From Octopus sinensis (taxonomy: Eukaryota), in assembly GCF_006345805.1 (NCBI RefSeq), contig NC_043005.1, positions 68,386,001-68,450,000 of the forward strand: a stretch of 64,000 nt of DNA, in the 5' to 3' direction. The notes beneath the pieces were generated by a model. It made no database searches and was not told the origin of the DNA. It saw only the letters and a list, made by a program, of their open reading frames with translations. The translations under genes and the position numbers were made by a program. Positions 47,721 to 61,200 of the stretch are shown piece by piece. Position 1 is the first letter of the stretch. Each line of letters begins with the position of its first letter.

Positions 47721-50700
47721 ATATGTATAATAATACACAATATGCTTTCTGTCATGTTATTTTCAGTAATATCGATAACTTATAGGAGATTGTTTGCTTA
47801 TGGAAAAGATTCATCACATCGAATTGAAAATTTTGCATTTGTATTTCCTTTGGAAGACACTATGACAAACGATTCTCCACATTCCTAAACTATTTTATAT
47901 AAGTTTTTACTCCATCAAATATTTAGCTATGTATGCCAAAAATTTCTTTGATGAAGATTGTATTTGGTCATTTTAGTCGGTCTTGTGACCATCTCCTCTG
48001 CTGAGTTGATTTCATTGTATGAATTACTAGTATGGCATTTGTGAAGAGTTTTTAACAGTGTTGTGTAAAAAAAAACAATTGTAAAGACCAAGGATTACCG
48101 TTTAAAGGATAGCTGTTCTGTTTACATATATAAATGTGTTATGAGTTGACATGTTAAAAGATGTAATGACAAGTTGAAAAAAAAAAAAGGAAATTTCTTC
48201 AACAACGCTTTAAATAATGATATTAGTTAAAGTAGTAATGTATATCATTTTTAGTTTGTTGTGTATTTTTGTAAATAGGTGTGTAGGAAATATAGAATAT
48301 TTGAATAGCAAGAAAATTCGAGAGAGGTCTAAACGTGCGCCTCATGGTATATAGACTTCAGCTGCAATAAGAGGACCAACTTCTGGGATTCGAGATGGTT
48401 CTTTTTGCATTTAGGTGCGAAAATGAAAGAGCTTCATTTTTGTCTGCTGTAAAAAAAAATATCGCCAGCTGGAAAAAATGTCAATAGTTATTTTATTAAA
48501 GTTCAGGAATATAATATAGATAATAGTAATCGACAGTAACTTTTAACATAGATGATGTGAGTTCAAATCCAAGGAAGCTATATTCTGCAGGAATCCTCTC
48601 GAAGTGTGTTTGTTGTAAGTCAAGCAAAGAAATCAAACAATCAGATGTTCAAACTCACTGATGCTCATAGATATTATCCGATGCAAATTAAATAAAACCA
48701 ACTGGTAAAACATGAAACTTTTACTGCTCAGTTCGTAAATTGCATAATTGTTGGAAAATATTCTTGTATAAATATAGTCATTAAAGATTGAAGGATCAAT
48801 ATGGTGTATACAAACATACAAAAATGTGCTACAATGCATTTTTATCAGTGAAGTTGTTCAGTTTATAAATTGTTCAAATTTTAAAGATGGTTCTTGAATT
48901 TACTACTGTCAGTAAAAAGTGAATAACGAAAGAGATGCGTGTATCAATATATATATAACAATATTACAGGCAAGTTAACATGTTAAAACTGTGCGCGTGT
49001 GTTTGGCTGGCTAGTAATAGTATTTTGTGATTGAATGTCTGTATACTACATGGCAAAATTGATATATGCGGAAGGAGTCAAGGAAAGTGATCGCATACAT
49101 GCTGTTTGTAAAGTTGACGGTGACGAAGCTGACGACAATGAACTCTCTAACAGGACGCGTGAAATCTATTTCGTGGCATGTTGTAAATTTCAGGTAGCTG
49201 TGTTGTAAATAGTTGAATTAATTATGAAGAGCTTTGGTTGAAACTGATCGCCTCGGTTCGCTGTGGAAATGAAGAGAAGCTGCTATTTGTGGATGATGGA
49301 ACGGGGCTTGTGTTTTTAAATGGTTGTCGGTGATGAAAACATAATGGCTTGTGTCTGTCTGTCGAGGGTATACAGCTATGTTTGCATAGCAAGAATGAAT
49401 CTACTTCGTCTTTGGTGGTAATTCTTACTAGTATCAAGAACCAGATAGCTAATGCTTCAAGACTATAAAGAGATATGGAGACATACATTTTGGGAAAATG
49501 TTTGTAATAATTTACATCTGCGGAATTATTCAGAATTAAACTCGTGTTTCCTTGTGAGACTTACTGCATGCAGAGTTTTGTTTGAAGTAAATGTTCGATT
49601 GCTGCCAATAGACAAAGAAGGATAAGTAACTGTAAGCTGTGAGATGGATTATAACAGTAATGTGTATACATTCATATGATCAATATTAAAGAAATTTGTT
49701 GAGGAAACTTAGTTTGAAAATGTGAGTAAAGCTATGGTTAGCCCGTGTTTTCAGGAACTCCATGGCGTGAAGTGAGATTAAAACCAGTGAACTCTTGGTC
49801 TGTAGCGTCAGAACCTTTGAATCCCATTTTGGTGGCGTCTGCATTAAACCATGTATAGTCACGAATATGATTACAATATGAAGTAATTGCTGTGATAGAA
49901 CTAACGTGCTACTGTGCAGTATTTATTTTAAAGCTGTGTTTCATGGTCTATATTGCTATTAGTCAAGACTTACCAAATTTGACAAAAAGAAATGTTGGTT
50001 TAGTATCTTTGAACATTAAGCACCGGTCGATTTTTTTTATAAGTTGGAAATCAATTTGCCCAAGTCGGTATTCCATACTTCTCCAGTTCAGTAGTTAGTC
50101 AGCAGTAGAATGTTTATTTTAAGCTGCATTAGTGTATCTTAGACGAAATTTCGTCTACCGTAAAATATACATGAATCTGAGCAAAATATCGATAGATCAT
50201 CGTTCACAGCAGAGGCATCGAAAATGAAGTCACTGTTTGCTGGAATTGGATTCAAAATACCACCACAGGTAACAATAAAAATTTCACGTTGCGCTAGATT
50301 AGCAAAGGAAGAACTAAAGTAACTGGGATATACAGCAAATTATTAAAGCATACAGATAAAAAAATTATACGATTTTATCTCAGTCGGGAGAGCAGAAAAA
50401 GAATTTCCAATAGTGGCGACAATTCGTTTCTCTTTCAATTATTTGTCTATCTGTGACTATTAATACAATGTGGAGGCTGCATAATTTTCATCATTCTTTG
50501 AGAGATAGAAGTTTTTGTAGTGCTATGAATTTAAATGTTAATATACATGTAACGACTAGTTGAAAGACAGGAAATATCTCCAACTATATTTTTGATAACA
50601 CTAAACAGTCATATACAAACTGTGTAGTTTCATACGTAATTTGTAGAGAGATGTGTGTGGAATAGTGGAATAGTTGAATAGCAAGATAGATAGAGAGAAT

Positions 50701-50733
50701 TATGAGTCATCTTAACATGCAAGCACTACATGA

Positions 50734-51070
50734 TACTTGTACTTGTACTTGTGGCGACATTCACACTGGTGGGTTGAGTCGGCTTCTTCTAACCACCCTC
50801 AAGGCATCTCGAACCATGGCAGTCCACGCACGACGGTCCTGCACCAGTTCACTGGAGATAGCGAGCCAGTCACAGTTCCATCGCCGCAGGCCGACCACCT
50901 GCGGACCCATGAGCACGGGGAGGTTCTCCTTGATCGTCGTAACCCAGGTCTTCAGCTGCCCGTCCGCGCGTTTCCGCCAGTTGGGAAGTGGAGTTGGGAG
51001 AAGGACATCACGGCTCAGTTCACCCACCGGACGCCTACATGCATGGCCAAACAATAAGAGGAATTTCTGA
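50734..51070 (-). mobile_element. RTE-clade LINE 3' end with (CAAGTA)n tail
   Basis: LLFGHACRRP..WRKRADGQLKTWVTTIKENL..LVQDRRAW..MVRDAL, the typical RTE C-terminus, followed by a short tandem-repeat tail. Confidence 0.9.
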
Positions 51071-51791
51071 GGAGAACCAAATTCCAGCATTTATATTGGC
51101 TTGCTAAAAATGTTTGAGAAGTTTTTTTTTAGATTTAGGTGCAAAAGCAAAAAGGAAAAGCTTCTTTTTTCGGTTAACTTCTATCAAAACTGGCGTCATA
51201 AAAGATTTACTGAAAACAGTGTCAGTAGGAGATTTCATAATGTTCAGGAATACGTTCTAACTAGTCAGTCAACATCAATTTTAAACTAAATCCATAGAAG
51301 CTCCTTACTCTGCATATATATGTAGGATTTTAAAGACTTGTACATTTCTAATTCTGAATTACGCGTCTATGGGTAGTAATTATTTATGTTAGAGAGTTCT
51401 GTATTTTTTATGAAAGAGATAGTTTTAAAATGTAACTAGTTAGTTTGAGGAGAACATAACCATGATTTCAATCGGAAACCTTTTTCAACGTTAGGGCTTG
51501 ATTTTCGTTTTCGTGGAAATAGATTTTCTGCATTCTAGGAGCTGTCATCTTCATCTTAATTGTGATACTCTCACTGTCAAACCTAAATATATAACTTCAA
51601 CAGTATCTTCAGATATTTTAGCACATCTTACATTTTGTGTGTCACTGAAATGGTAAAATTACTACTTACGCTAATAGAAAAGTTTCAGCAGAAAAAAAAT
51701 ATATATACTCAAATCACATTGGGTATATTTAATTCTAGTTTCTTCGCGGAAAAAAATGTAGACATACACACACACACACATACACACACAT

Positions 51792-51842
<51 letters not shown>

Positions 51843-52729
51843 TACTTAGAAATAGGTATACATGCTTACATACATACATAAACACACACTGACATGCACA
51901 CATATGTGTGTGTACCAAATAGATATAAAATATTTCTACAGATTAGAATTTGTAGAATAAATATAATTGGAAATGCACATGAGGTGTTCCTGGTTGTCAG
52001 TTCTTATAAGAGAGATAATCTCGTCTTGATCAAGTTAATTTGAGACAGGTTTACATTCTTAAAAATTAAATGAAAATGTAAAAAACAATATATTTCTTTT
52101 ACGTTCCCTTTCCCCACACATTACAAAGACCTTAAAATTCCTAGTCATTGGCTGTCGCTGGAATTAACACTGCAGAGAAGTATTGAGTAAATAATGTTGA
52201 GTAAATATTAAGAAATGAATGACACTGTAAAAACTTAGTTTAGCTGAAATGAAGGTGATAGAGAGATGCAGTAATCAGATTTCCTTATGTGTGCTACAGA
52301 GTTCACAGGTGTTTGGTCATGACATTATGAAAGATCTATTTTCTTTATCACTTTAGTCACGAGGCATTTATACAGACATCAATGTAACCTCTGAGAAGAT
52401 AATTTTCTGGTTGATATTAATTGTTTGAAAGGACTCTATTTTCCTGTTCAATTTGTCTTTGCAGAACTACTTCTAATTTCTTCTATCGTTAGGTATCTAT
52501 GTCAGTTTTCAGCTGTTCAGCTTGTGGCTTATATTCTTAATTTTCTCCTTTCTATATTCTATATTATTTATACTGCTATGTTATTACAATTTACGTTGTC
52601 AGTAAGTGGGCGTGCATTGCTAACATGCGGGAAGTTATTCATTTAGTTCGCTGTATATTTGACCACCTAACAATACAGCTTCTCGAAATTGTCTGTGTTG
52701 CAAATACGCACATTCAAAACGAGTTTATA

Positions 52730-53130
52730 TTCTTTTACCTGTTTCGATCACTTGACTGCGGCCATGCTGGAGCACCGTCTGTAGTCGAACAAATTGACCC
52801 CCAGGACTTATACTTTTTAAGCTTAGTACTTATTCTATCGGTCTATTTTGCCAAACCGCTAGATTACGGGGACTAAACACACCAACATCGGTTGTTAAGC
52901 GATGGTCTGGAGAAACAGACACTCAAATACACACACACACACCACACACACATGCATATATATATATATATATATGACGGGCTTCTTTCAGTTTCCGTCT
53001 ACCAAATCCACTCACAAGGCTTTTGTCATCCCGAGGCTATAGTAGAAGACACTTGCCCAAGGTACCCTCAGTGAGACTGAACCCGGAACCATACGTTTGG
53101 GAAGCTAGCTTCTTACCACACGGCCAGTGC
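52730..53130 (-). mobile_element. SINE family B
   Basis: Same organisation as 41431-41870. Confidence 0.9.
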
Positions 53131-53612
53131 TCCATATATTTTTATATACTTTTTCTGCAGTGGGGTTATGTATGACCAAATCATGTGTTGGTTGGGTTTA
53201 TGGTTGGGTTCAATGTTAGATACACATTTTTGTGCTTTCACGTGCGCATTTTAGTGTGTGCGTGTTAGTAAGTGTGTGCGTGCATGTTAGTAAGTGCATG
53301 TTATTATGTATATGTTTTCGTATGAAGTCAGTATAATTCTGTTATATCATACTCAGCTGAAGTCGGGTGGGAGTTTTCATAATTTGTAATGCTATTTCAG
53401 TTAAAATCTAAAAACCTCCATATATAATTCAATATAATCAACTGCTAGGCACCATCAAGCATCAGCACATAATTTTGTTGTCGAATCTTTGATACAAGTG
53501 TCAGAAATCTCGTTCAACTCAATGGGCCGAAGTAGTCTTTACTGTAGGAATTCACATACCGGTGCCACAATGTTCTCTTACCTCAATGGATCGAGAGTGT
53601 TACGAATGCATA

Positions 53613-53775
53613 CCGTAAATCCTCGAGTATAGTCCACCCTTGAGTATAATACGCAGGGAATTTTTAGGGGGCTGTACCCCTGAGAAACCTAAACCTTGTG
53701 TATAATACGCATCCCTTCTCTAACTTGAGTCAAGGAGGTCTATATAACGTCTTTGATTTGTAAAAATGTATACGG
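53613..53775. mobile_element. pogo/Tigger-type MITE remnant
   Basis: TA-CCGTAAATCCTCGAGTAT at the left and TACGG-TA at the right, with repeated subterminal gagtataatacgca / gtgtataatacgca. Confidence 0.55.
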
Positions 53776-53989
53776 TAACGTCCTTTATTATTATTGTATA
53801 TATAATATAATGCAAACGTGTAGCTTTTTTGTGCATTTTGTCTGCAGAAAGTAAATAACAGTAATAACGTTTAATAAATGTTGCTGATTGCAAGTTATGG
53901 ATGATTCTTTTATGATTTTATGATATATTTTTGCCGAACTTGAAAGAATTAAAAGTAAAGCTGACCTCTGCAGGACCTAAATTACTAAT

Positions 53990-54022
<33 letters not shown>

Positions 54023-54074
54023 ATATCTATCTATCTATCTATCTATCTATAATACACGCATACACACACGCATT

Positions 54075-54119
<45 letters not shown>

Positions 54120-54747
54120 AGGTGCATGCGTATACACATACACACATATGAGGAAGAAAGAGGGAACAGAAAGTAAATTACGTAGTTTGATGACCTATAT
54201 TCTCACATTCAGAATAAGATGTTCAGCTACAAAATTGCTTTGGATATAATCGTTTGATCTGTGAGAAATAACGACCAAATTGCCAGCAAACCGCAACCTT
54301 TCCACTTAAGAATAAAAGAACATATTCATTCATTCTAAAAGTGTATAATATAGTCCTATGTTTGATTGTGCAGATAAAATTATTACAGCTGGATCGCCTT
54401 TGATTATACATGTGCTTAATAGTGTTGCCCGGAGGCTACACAACACTAACAACTGCAATGATCACTCTAATGGTATAAGATACCAAATACTAAAGACATT
54501 ATTTACTGAGTTTCTAGTGCTAGATATCTTACATGATAATTTATAAATTATATGGGGGATTATATATTTTTGTATATTTAAAATGATCACATGTTAACTT
54601 TAGATCTATGATAAAAAGTGTGCTAGCCCTGACTGTTTCTCCGTGGTGTTCAGTCATTGAGTGGTTATTGCCGCGCTTGAATCATGGCTTATTTTAGGAG
54701 GAGGTAAAGTATAATTTGAAGAAGGATTACTTGCTATACATTACCTA

Positions 54748-55020
54748 TATTATTTAGATTCGACGGATATTTGTCCTCATCGGGCATATGGCATAGTGGT
54801 TAAGAGCATGGGCTACTAACCTCAAGATTCTGAGTTCGATTCCTACCCTCGAAAAATACCTTAGGAATGAGAACCCAGATTCAAAATTTCCCCAAGACAC
54901 CCGAAGAAGCCTGGAGAGTATATCAGCCGAAACCTTGTGTTAACAACAAACAAGATGAGGACAAATATCCGTCGAATGTAAATAATGTACATAATTCGTC
55001 ATCTCTTAAATATAGAACTG
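54748..55020 (+). mobile_element. SINE family D (tRNA head plus Penelope-like 3' module), preceded by an inverted tail fragment
   Basis: A-box tggcatagtgg (54789), B-box gagttcgattcc (54832), hammerhead-like motif 54896-54941. 54748-54781 is the reverse complement of its own tail. Confidence 0.8.
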
Positions 55021-55430
55021 ATTACTTGTTATGTTTTGCTGATGAAGTTATCACATAAAGGTTCCCTCGTTAAGTGGATGTTCAAAGTGTAGCAAAAAAA
55101 TAAAAAATTCCATAGGTTTTTGTACTGCATCCTGACACTAGTGAAGTTGAGTAGCAGGAGGTGGCAACAAGAATTTTCAGATGGTTAATGTTTTACCATT
55201 TAATTTTTCAGTTATCACCGTGGTTTGGACAGCTGCTCGCAATGCGTTTGGTCTTGAAAGTTTTTCAAGAAAGATGAACCTGACCGTCTATTGCGCTACA
55301 TCTATAAATTCTACACACACACACACACGCATACATATATATGCACATATATATTATTTAGATATATATATATAGTATATACATATATATATGTGTGTAT
55401 AGATATATATATATATAGTATATACATATA

Positions 55431-55480
<50 letters not shown>

Positions 55481-55485
<5 letters not shown>

Positions 55486-55895
55486 GGTAGCGATTTTCTT
55501 CCCTACTTCAAGGAGTGACGACCCTGCCTGATACGAGTCCCGGGCTCAGCTGGCTCTGACTGACAGTACCCAGTATGGGCCCCTATCCAGGGTTATGGAA
55601 AGGAGACAACCTTCAAAGAAATTCGGAATGGAGCCCCGTAGGCGGTTTAGTATTCGACTCGACACTTCTGGCAGCTCCTGCAACCAAGCTAGTGCCAAAC
55701 GTAATGCTCTGTACTCCTTTGGACTACGTCAGCAAGGTCGACAGAGGAATCCTAACTATTGGGATACCCAAGATTTTCTTACATCTAGTCCAGGCCTGCG
55801 CAGAACTAGAGTGGACATGAAAAGTAAAAACCAGACAGGATTAGTTTATGCACAACTCCATTGTCTCCCGAGATAAAAGGATGCCAACAATACAT
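55481..55895 (+). mobile_element. GC-rich retroelement fragment resembling an RTE 5' UTR
   Basis: ctagtgccaaacgtaatgctctg..cctttggactac..ccaggcctgcgcag resembles RTE 5' UTRs. Inserted after (TA)n. Confidence 0.5.
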
Positions 55896-56877
55896 GTTTA
55901 TATATACATCTATACTATACAAACATATACTCACACACATATTCATGCATGTACGTGTGTATGGGTATATGCACATCATTGTGTGACATGTTGGTCAAGT
56001 TGTGTTCTGTTACGCCTATAGGCAAAGCTATCCATTCCTTAAACGGACTTCAATAAAGTATGGAGGAGGAATTGTGGCCGATATTATCGAATATACTAAA
56101 ACCCTTGTATACCATATCCAAGAATAATCGGCTACTTCATTTTTCGTTTCATACTACTAACAATCTGTTATTATTTTTAATGCTTATAACAAACCATATT
56201 TTATGTCGTAGACATCTAAATTAATCAGACGCAGTTTTCCTGTGGTAACTTCCAAATGTTATGCAACATTATATCTATTTTATACCAAGTAGTACTTTGA
56301 TGAGCGTGTAATCATAGGTATTTGCCAGTTTATACATTTATGTGTGCCTGTGCGTATAATTTGAATTGTAATTTTATGTCTTATATGAAGAATTAGTTTC
56401 TGACATATTTGATACTTGATTCGATATTTATTGATGAAGGGAAGAAAACAGTATATTGCTGATGCAGTTCTCATGAAAATTAACAGCATCAGTGGCGTGG
56501 ATTGAAACTGGATCTGAGAGTTGGTTCGATCAGCTTTTAATTCTTGGTTGCTAGCCAACAGAATATTCAAACTATGAATAAGTAAAGAAGTGTCTTGCTA
56601 ATTTTACCATGTGATAATCGTTACAACATTGGACAAAATGCCTTGCAGTATTTAAATTTCCATAGAGATCATCTTTAACGTTTATCCTTCGATTAAAGCA
56701 CATAAACACTGGTGTCGATAAATCAATTAATCACTCACATACATTACTTACCTATTACCTATATTCGTTTCAAATTTTGGCATACGGTCAGCAAACAAAG
56801 GGTAAGTCGATTACAACTAACCCCCTTCCCAGTGTTCAGCTTGCATTTATATTTTATATTTATTTTTTTTATTTATG

Positions 56878-57165
56878 CGCCCTTTTCAAGCCTAGCCAGG
56901 CTAATGGGCCCGGTTTCCCGGTTTCTATGGCGTATGTGTTCCCCCCAGCTGGACGCCAGTCCATCGCAGCATTACTCAGGAAACAAGAAGAAAGAGTGTA
57001 AGTTGGGGCGAAAGTGTACAACAGGGGTCGCCACCCCCCCCTACCGGAGCCTCGTGGAGCTTTAGGTGTTTTCGCTCAATAAACACACACAACGCCCGGT
57101 CTTGGAATCGAAACCGCGATCCTCCGACCGCGTCTGCTGCCCTAACCACTGGGCCATTGCGCCTC
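56878..57165 (-). mobile_element. SINE family C
   Basis: Reverse of 7525-7770: gggcccggtttcc..ggcgtatgtgttcccc..gaatcgaaacc..ctaaccact. Confidence 0.85.
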
Positions 57166-57169
57166 CACT

Positions 57170-57555
57170 GTATTTATATTACCGAACACAAAAGGATGAA
57201 AGGCAAAGTCGACCTCGGACGCATTTGATTTCAGAACGTGAAGACGGACGAAATGCCGCTAAGCATTTTGACCGGAGTGCTAAATATTCTACTAGATTCC
57301 CGCCTTTCTTAGAAAATATAACCTATATTAAAAACTATAACTTAAGTGGTTTGGATGGATCATCAGAATGTAGAAAAATGTCTCTTAGTATTTATTCCGG
57401 CTGTTTACATTACAAGTTCATGTCCTCTTGGGGTGAATGTTGTTTTTCATCTCTTAAAGGTCGATAAAATAAAGTACCAGTCAAGTGATTGGGTCGATAT
57501 AATCAATCAAACCCATCTCCTTAAAACTCTTGGCCTTGGGCCTAAATTATAAGCC
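57170..57555. mobile_element. SINE family A fragments (57170-57310 minus; 57455-57555 plus)
   Basis: ggatgaaaggcaaagtcgacctcgg and ggtcgataaaataaagtaccag cores. Confidence 0.7.
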
Positions 57556-58134
57556 ATTATTTAATAGTATATGCCGCTGACATTCAGACGTGCTAAAATT
57601 TCGTTCCGATAACTCAATATTTCACAAATGTAGCTGAAGGAAGTAATTTTTATTTCAGATTTTGTTTCCCACAGAGACATTTATTGAACATTTTGGAAGC
57701 TACTATTCTAATGGGGTTAGACAACAAGGTCAGTTTTAAAAATATTTCCATTTTATTTTACAGCCTAAATGTACAGCAAAAGAGTAGCGTTTCAGTTTTC
57801 AAGATACGAATGCAGGACTAAAAATTTGAACAAAGCAAAACAAATGACAAAAAAGAAATAACAAAAATACGTGCAAATACTTGGAAAAGTGGAAATGTGG
57901 CATCGTTGTGCCCCCTGACGTCACAGCTTGTCACATTTCATCAAAGAAGTGTACGACAGGAAGAAGACCAAAGATGACCTCGTTGTTCCATCTTTAATAA
58001 GGGTTGAGGCAGCCTTGGTAGGTGTTTTAAGTGAAATGTCCTTTATTGGAAATGAGAAGCCGTATACGTATCGTCTATAAAAGAGCAGACACAAAAAGAA
58101 AAAAAAGTCTCATCCTGTGAATACATGTGTAACT

Positions 58135-58268
58135 CATTTTTGCCAGCTGAATGGATTGGAACAACATGAAATAAAGAGTCTTGCTCAAGGACACAAGGTG
58201 CTGCCAAGAATCGAACTCATGACCTTACGATCGTGAGCTGGATATCCCTAACCACTAAGCCACGCATC
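58135..58268 (-). mobile_element. SINE family C, 5' half
   Basis: cttgctcaaggacac..gaatcgaactc..ctaaccactaagccacgc. Confidence 0.8.
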
Positions 58269-61200
58269 TTCACTCAAAGAGAAGGCAAAGTCTAAAGTGT
58301 TGCGACAACGCTGCCCGAAAGCTGATATTGCAGGAAGAAATGAAGAGCTGATGGATGACAGTTACGGATATCGGTGACGATATCAATATCCGGTTACAAG
58401 CCACTTTAGAGGCACACTATGAGAAGGATAACAGCACATATGCAACTGTTTATGATATCTGGTCTCGTGGGGGTGATCTCGGATATACAAGTCCTCCTGA
58501 TCCCACAAAACAATAGATTTTCGCTTTGCATCACCACAAATTGAGGAGAAATTCAATCCATTTCCGTCTTTTTATAAGCAGGGATCTATAATTATTCTGT
58601 TTACCTCCTGGATTATCAGCAATGTCAAATAAACGCTGTTGAATTTTACAAATTTACCTCATCTATATTTTCCGTTATAACAATGATGTTCCTACATTCG
58701 AGTTGTTCATTTAATATTGAGGGAAGATTTGTTATAAGAACAAACTACAGTATTTGGAATCATGTAAGTTGTTGCTGTCGCGCTCTCCTAGTTTATTTGC
58801 TTGAGCATTTGGAAGATTTTTTTCTATTAATTGCTCGATGTACTGGTCATGTTAATCTTCCACTTGTATATTTATTGATATATTTTGATCTCAAGTCGTT
58901 TTGTGTGCATTTTGTCCTGTCACATGATTATATAAGATACGAACTTGAATATGAAAGTGTAAATTGTGTAAATAAGATTATAAAAGATTGTGAGACAAAC
59001 TACTTTTTTCTGTTGTCTACTCCCATGTATCAAATGCGGATACCTCGTAGGCAATTATAGTTCTGTTTTTACAAGTACTCCAACTAAAATTTAGAAGAGA
59101 GAATCAAAAAGATACCTTCATTCTACGAGTATAGATAAAGAAAATAATGATGTGTGTTTATCGTGTATGGAGGGTTATGAAACCTTCTGAAAATGTTTGG
59201 ATTATTAATGAGTTTTAAAGGAAAAAAAATATTTCTTTTTTGTGTTTATTTTATAATGCATATTGTATTGTTGGCACGTTTACCTCAAAATATTTTGTCT
59301 CTTTTACACACTATTTTCTTTCCAGAATTTTATTGCTTGCAATAATTTTCAGTATGCCTTTTTCCACAGGAACAGTAAAAACTAATAACAAGAAAGAGAG
59401 TAAGAGTTCCATGCGACATTTTGAAATAAAATAATTCAATCTTCGAATACAAAAAAGACAAACAAGCAAAAATAAGAATATAATCAAAGAAATACATTCA
59501 GTCGTAATTTAATAACAGAAAACATCAATACGCTCAACATAAACAATAACAAGAATAGTAGCAACAGCTGCAATAATGCACACAGGTTCCATACTTGTTA
59601 AACTGATAAAATGAGAGAAGAATTCAGCAGAAGAGTGGCGTGTTCGAATTGAGGAGAGAAAACTTTCTCTCTATCCGTTTCTCCTTAGAATTTTTACTCA
59701 TAGATGAGCACTAGGTGTGTAGTATGCGTTAGTGGAAATATCTAACAGACAGAAATCTTTGATAAGTTACAGTGCAAAGTAACACAGAACCTTATCAAAT
59801 CCCACTGAAAAAAAATATTTGCGGGGTGTCATATGACCATTACTGCTCCAAAATAGATTTCTAAACAACGCTGTCGTCATGAGTCAGGCCTGTCTGAAGT
59901 GTACATCAAGCGACGCATTTCATTGTTTACGTGCAGTACCAGTATTTGAACATTGCTGACAAGTGAAGTTACGTCCAGTAGCTGTAGATCGATCTGACTC
60001 TCAGCTAAGCCGCTTGTAAACTATCTCACTGACTTCTTTTTTATTGTGAAGAGCAAACAGATATCTGTTCCTTGTTGGTCATGGCGAAGGCGATTGTACG
60101 GTGAATAAAACTGGAAGGACTAATGACAGATGTTTAGTTTTCCGTTCGACATTTACGAGCTTCTTCGTGTTCCAGTTAGGGAGTAAGTGATAATACTGAA
60201 AGAGAGGTATTGGCTTCCAGTGAATTGCAATGAGCACCAGAATGGCATACCCTATTAAGGGAACACTTACTCTTGATATTCAGATTGCTCTTAAGTTAGT
60301 GGGACTGTCCCTCCATAGGGTCAAGTCATTTAATATAATTTGTATTGTTTTATTTTCTATAACTATTTCTTTCTAAATCGATTCTGTGCAAAACCTGAAC
60401 GCATTTTGCTTTGTATCTTGGTTATGTCCTCTCAAATCTCGTCCTTGTGGCAAATAGAACAAAACGTTGTTATTACTACAATCAATTAGATATTAGAAAA
60501 GAAAAAAAACAAACAAACCTAATATCAATAAATGAAACTATTAAAATGGATATAATCATGAGTTACGGATGTTTATAACAGATTCAGAAATAGATGAAAA
60601 TACAAAGAGACACAAAGGAAAAATACTATTCAACGCTATAAATAAAATTTAAAAGATTGAAAAAATACCAGCAAGAAAACTACAATTTATACAACAAAGT
60701 GCCAGCACAATAAGATAAAGGGCAACTATAATAACTTTAAAAGGAATATATCAAAACAACGAACTATAATTTCAACTCTGAGGCTTCTAGTTTTTTTAGA
60801 AAGCAGATAAAGTAATTACAGAATAATTGCATCGTAGTAAAGTAATATTAAATATTGCTTTCTGTACAGTGTTATATTGACATTTTTAATGTTGTTTTGT
60901 AATAATAACAATGGTCAATAAAATATCTGCATAGGAGTTGATTCGGGTTGAATAGAAAGCAATTTTGATACTGATTTCAAAACTGTCTTTGATTTTTCTG
61001 CAGCACGTATACTTTTTGCGATGAGACACAATTTTTTTTGTCATTATATTTGAAATATTGAATATTTTCCAGAATATTTGCCGAGATTATTGCTGTTCAG
61101 AAGAACCGATTAAATATAAAATCATTCAGACATTTTCTGCTGTGTTTGTGGTACATAATTTGTTGAACAAAAAGGGTCGATCAATGCTTATTGTCATTTT

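Noticed and set aside
48330-48410. Minus-strand peptide SRIPEVGPLIAAEV, resembling an IS110/HhH motif
   Set aside because: Only 14 residues, bounded by stops, with no supporting domain. Likely chance.
54782-54845. tRNA-like sequences here and at 7525, 35640, 43558 and 62278
   Set aside because: A and B boxes are present, but there is no complete cloverleaf or acceptor stem and each continues into a SINE body, so they are not tRNA genes.
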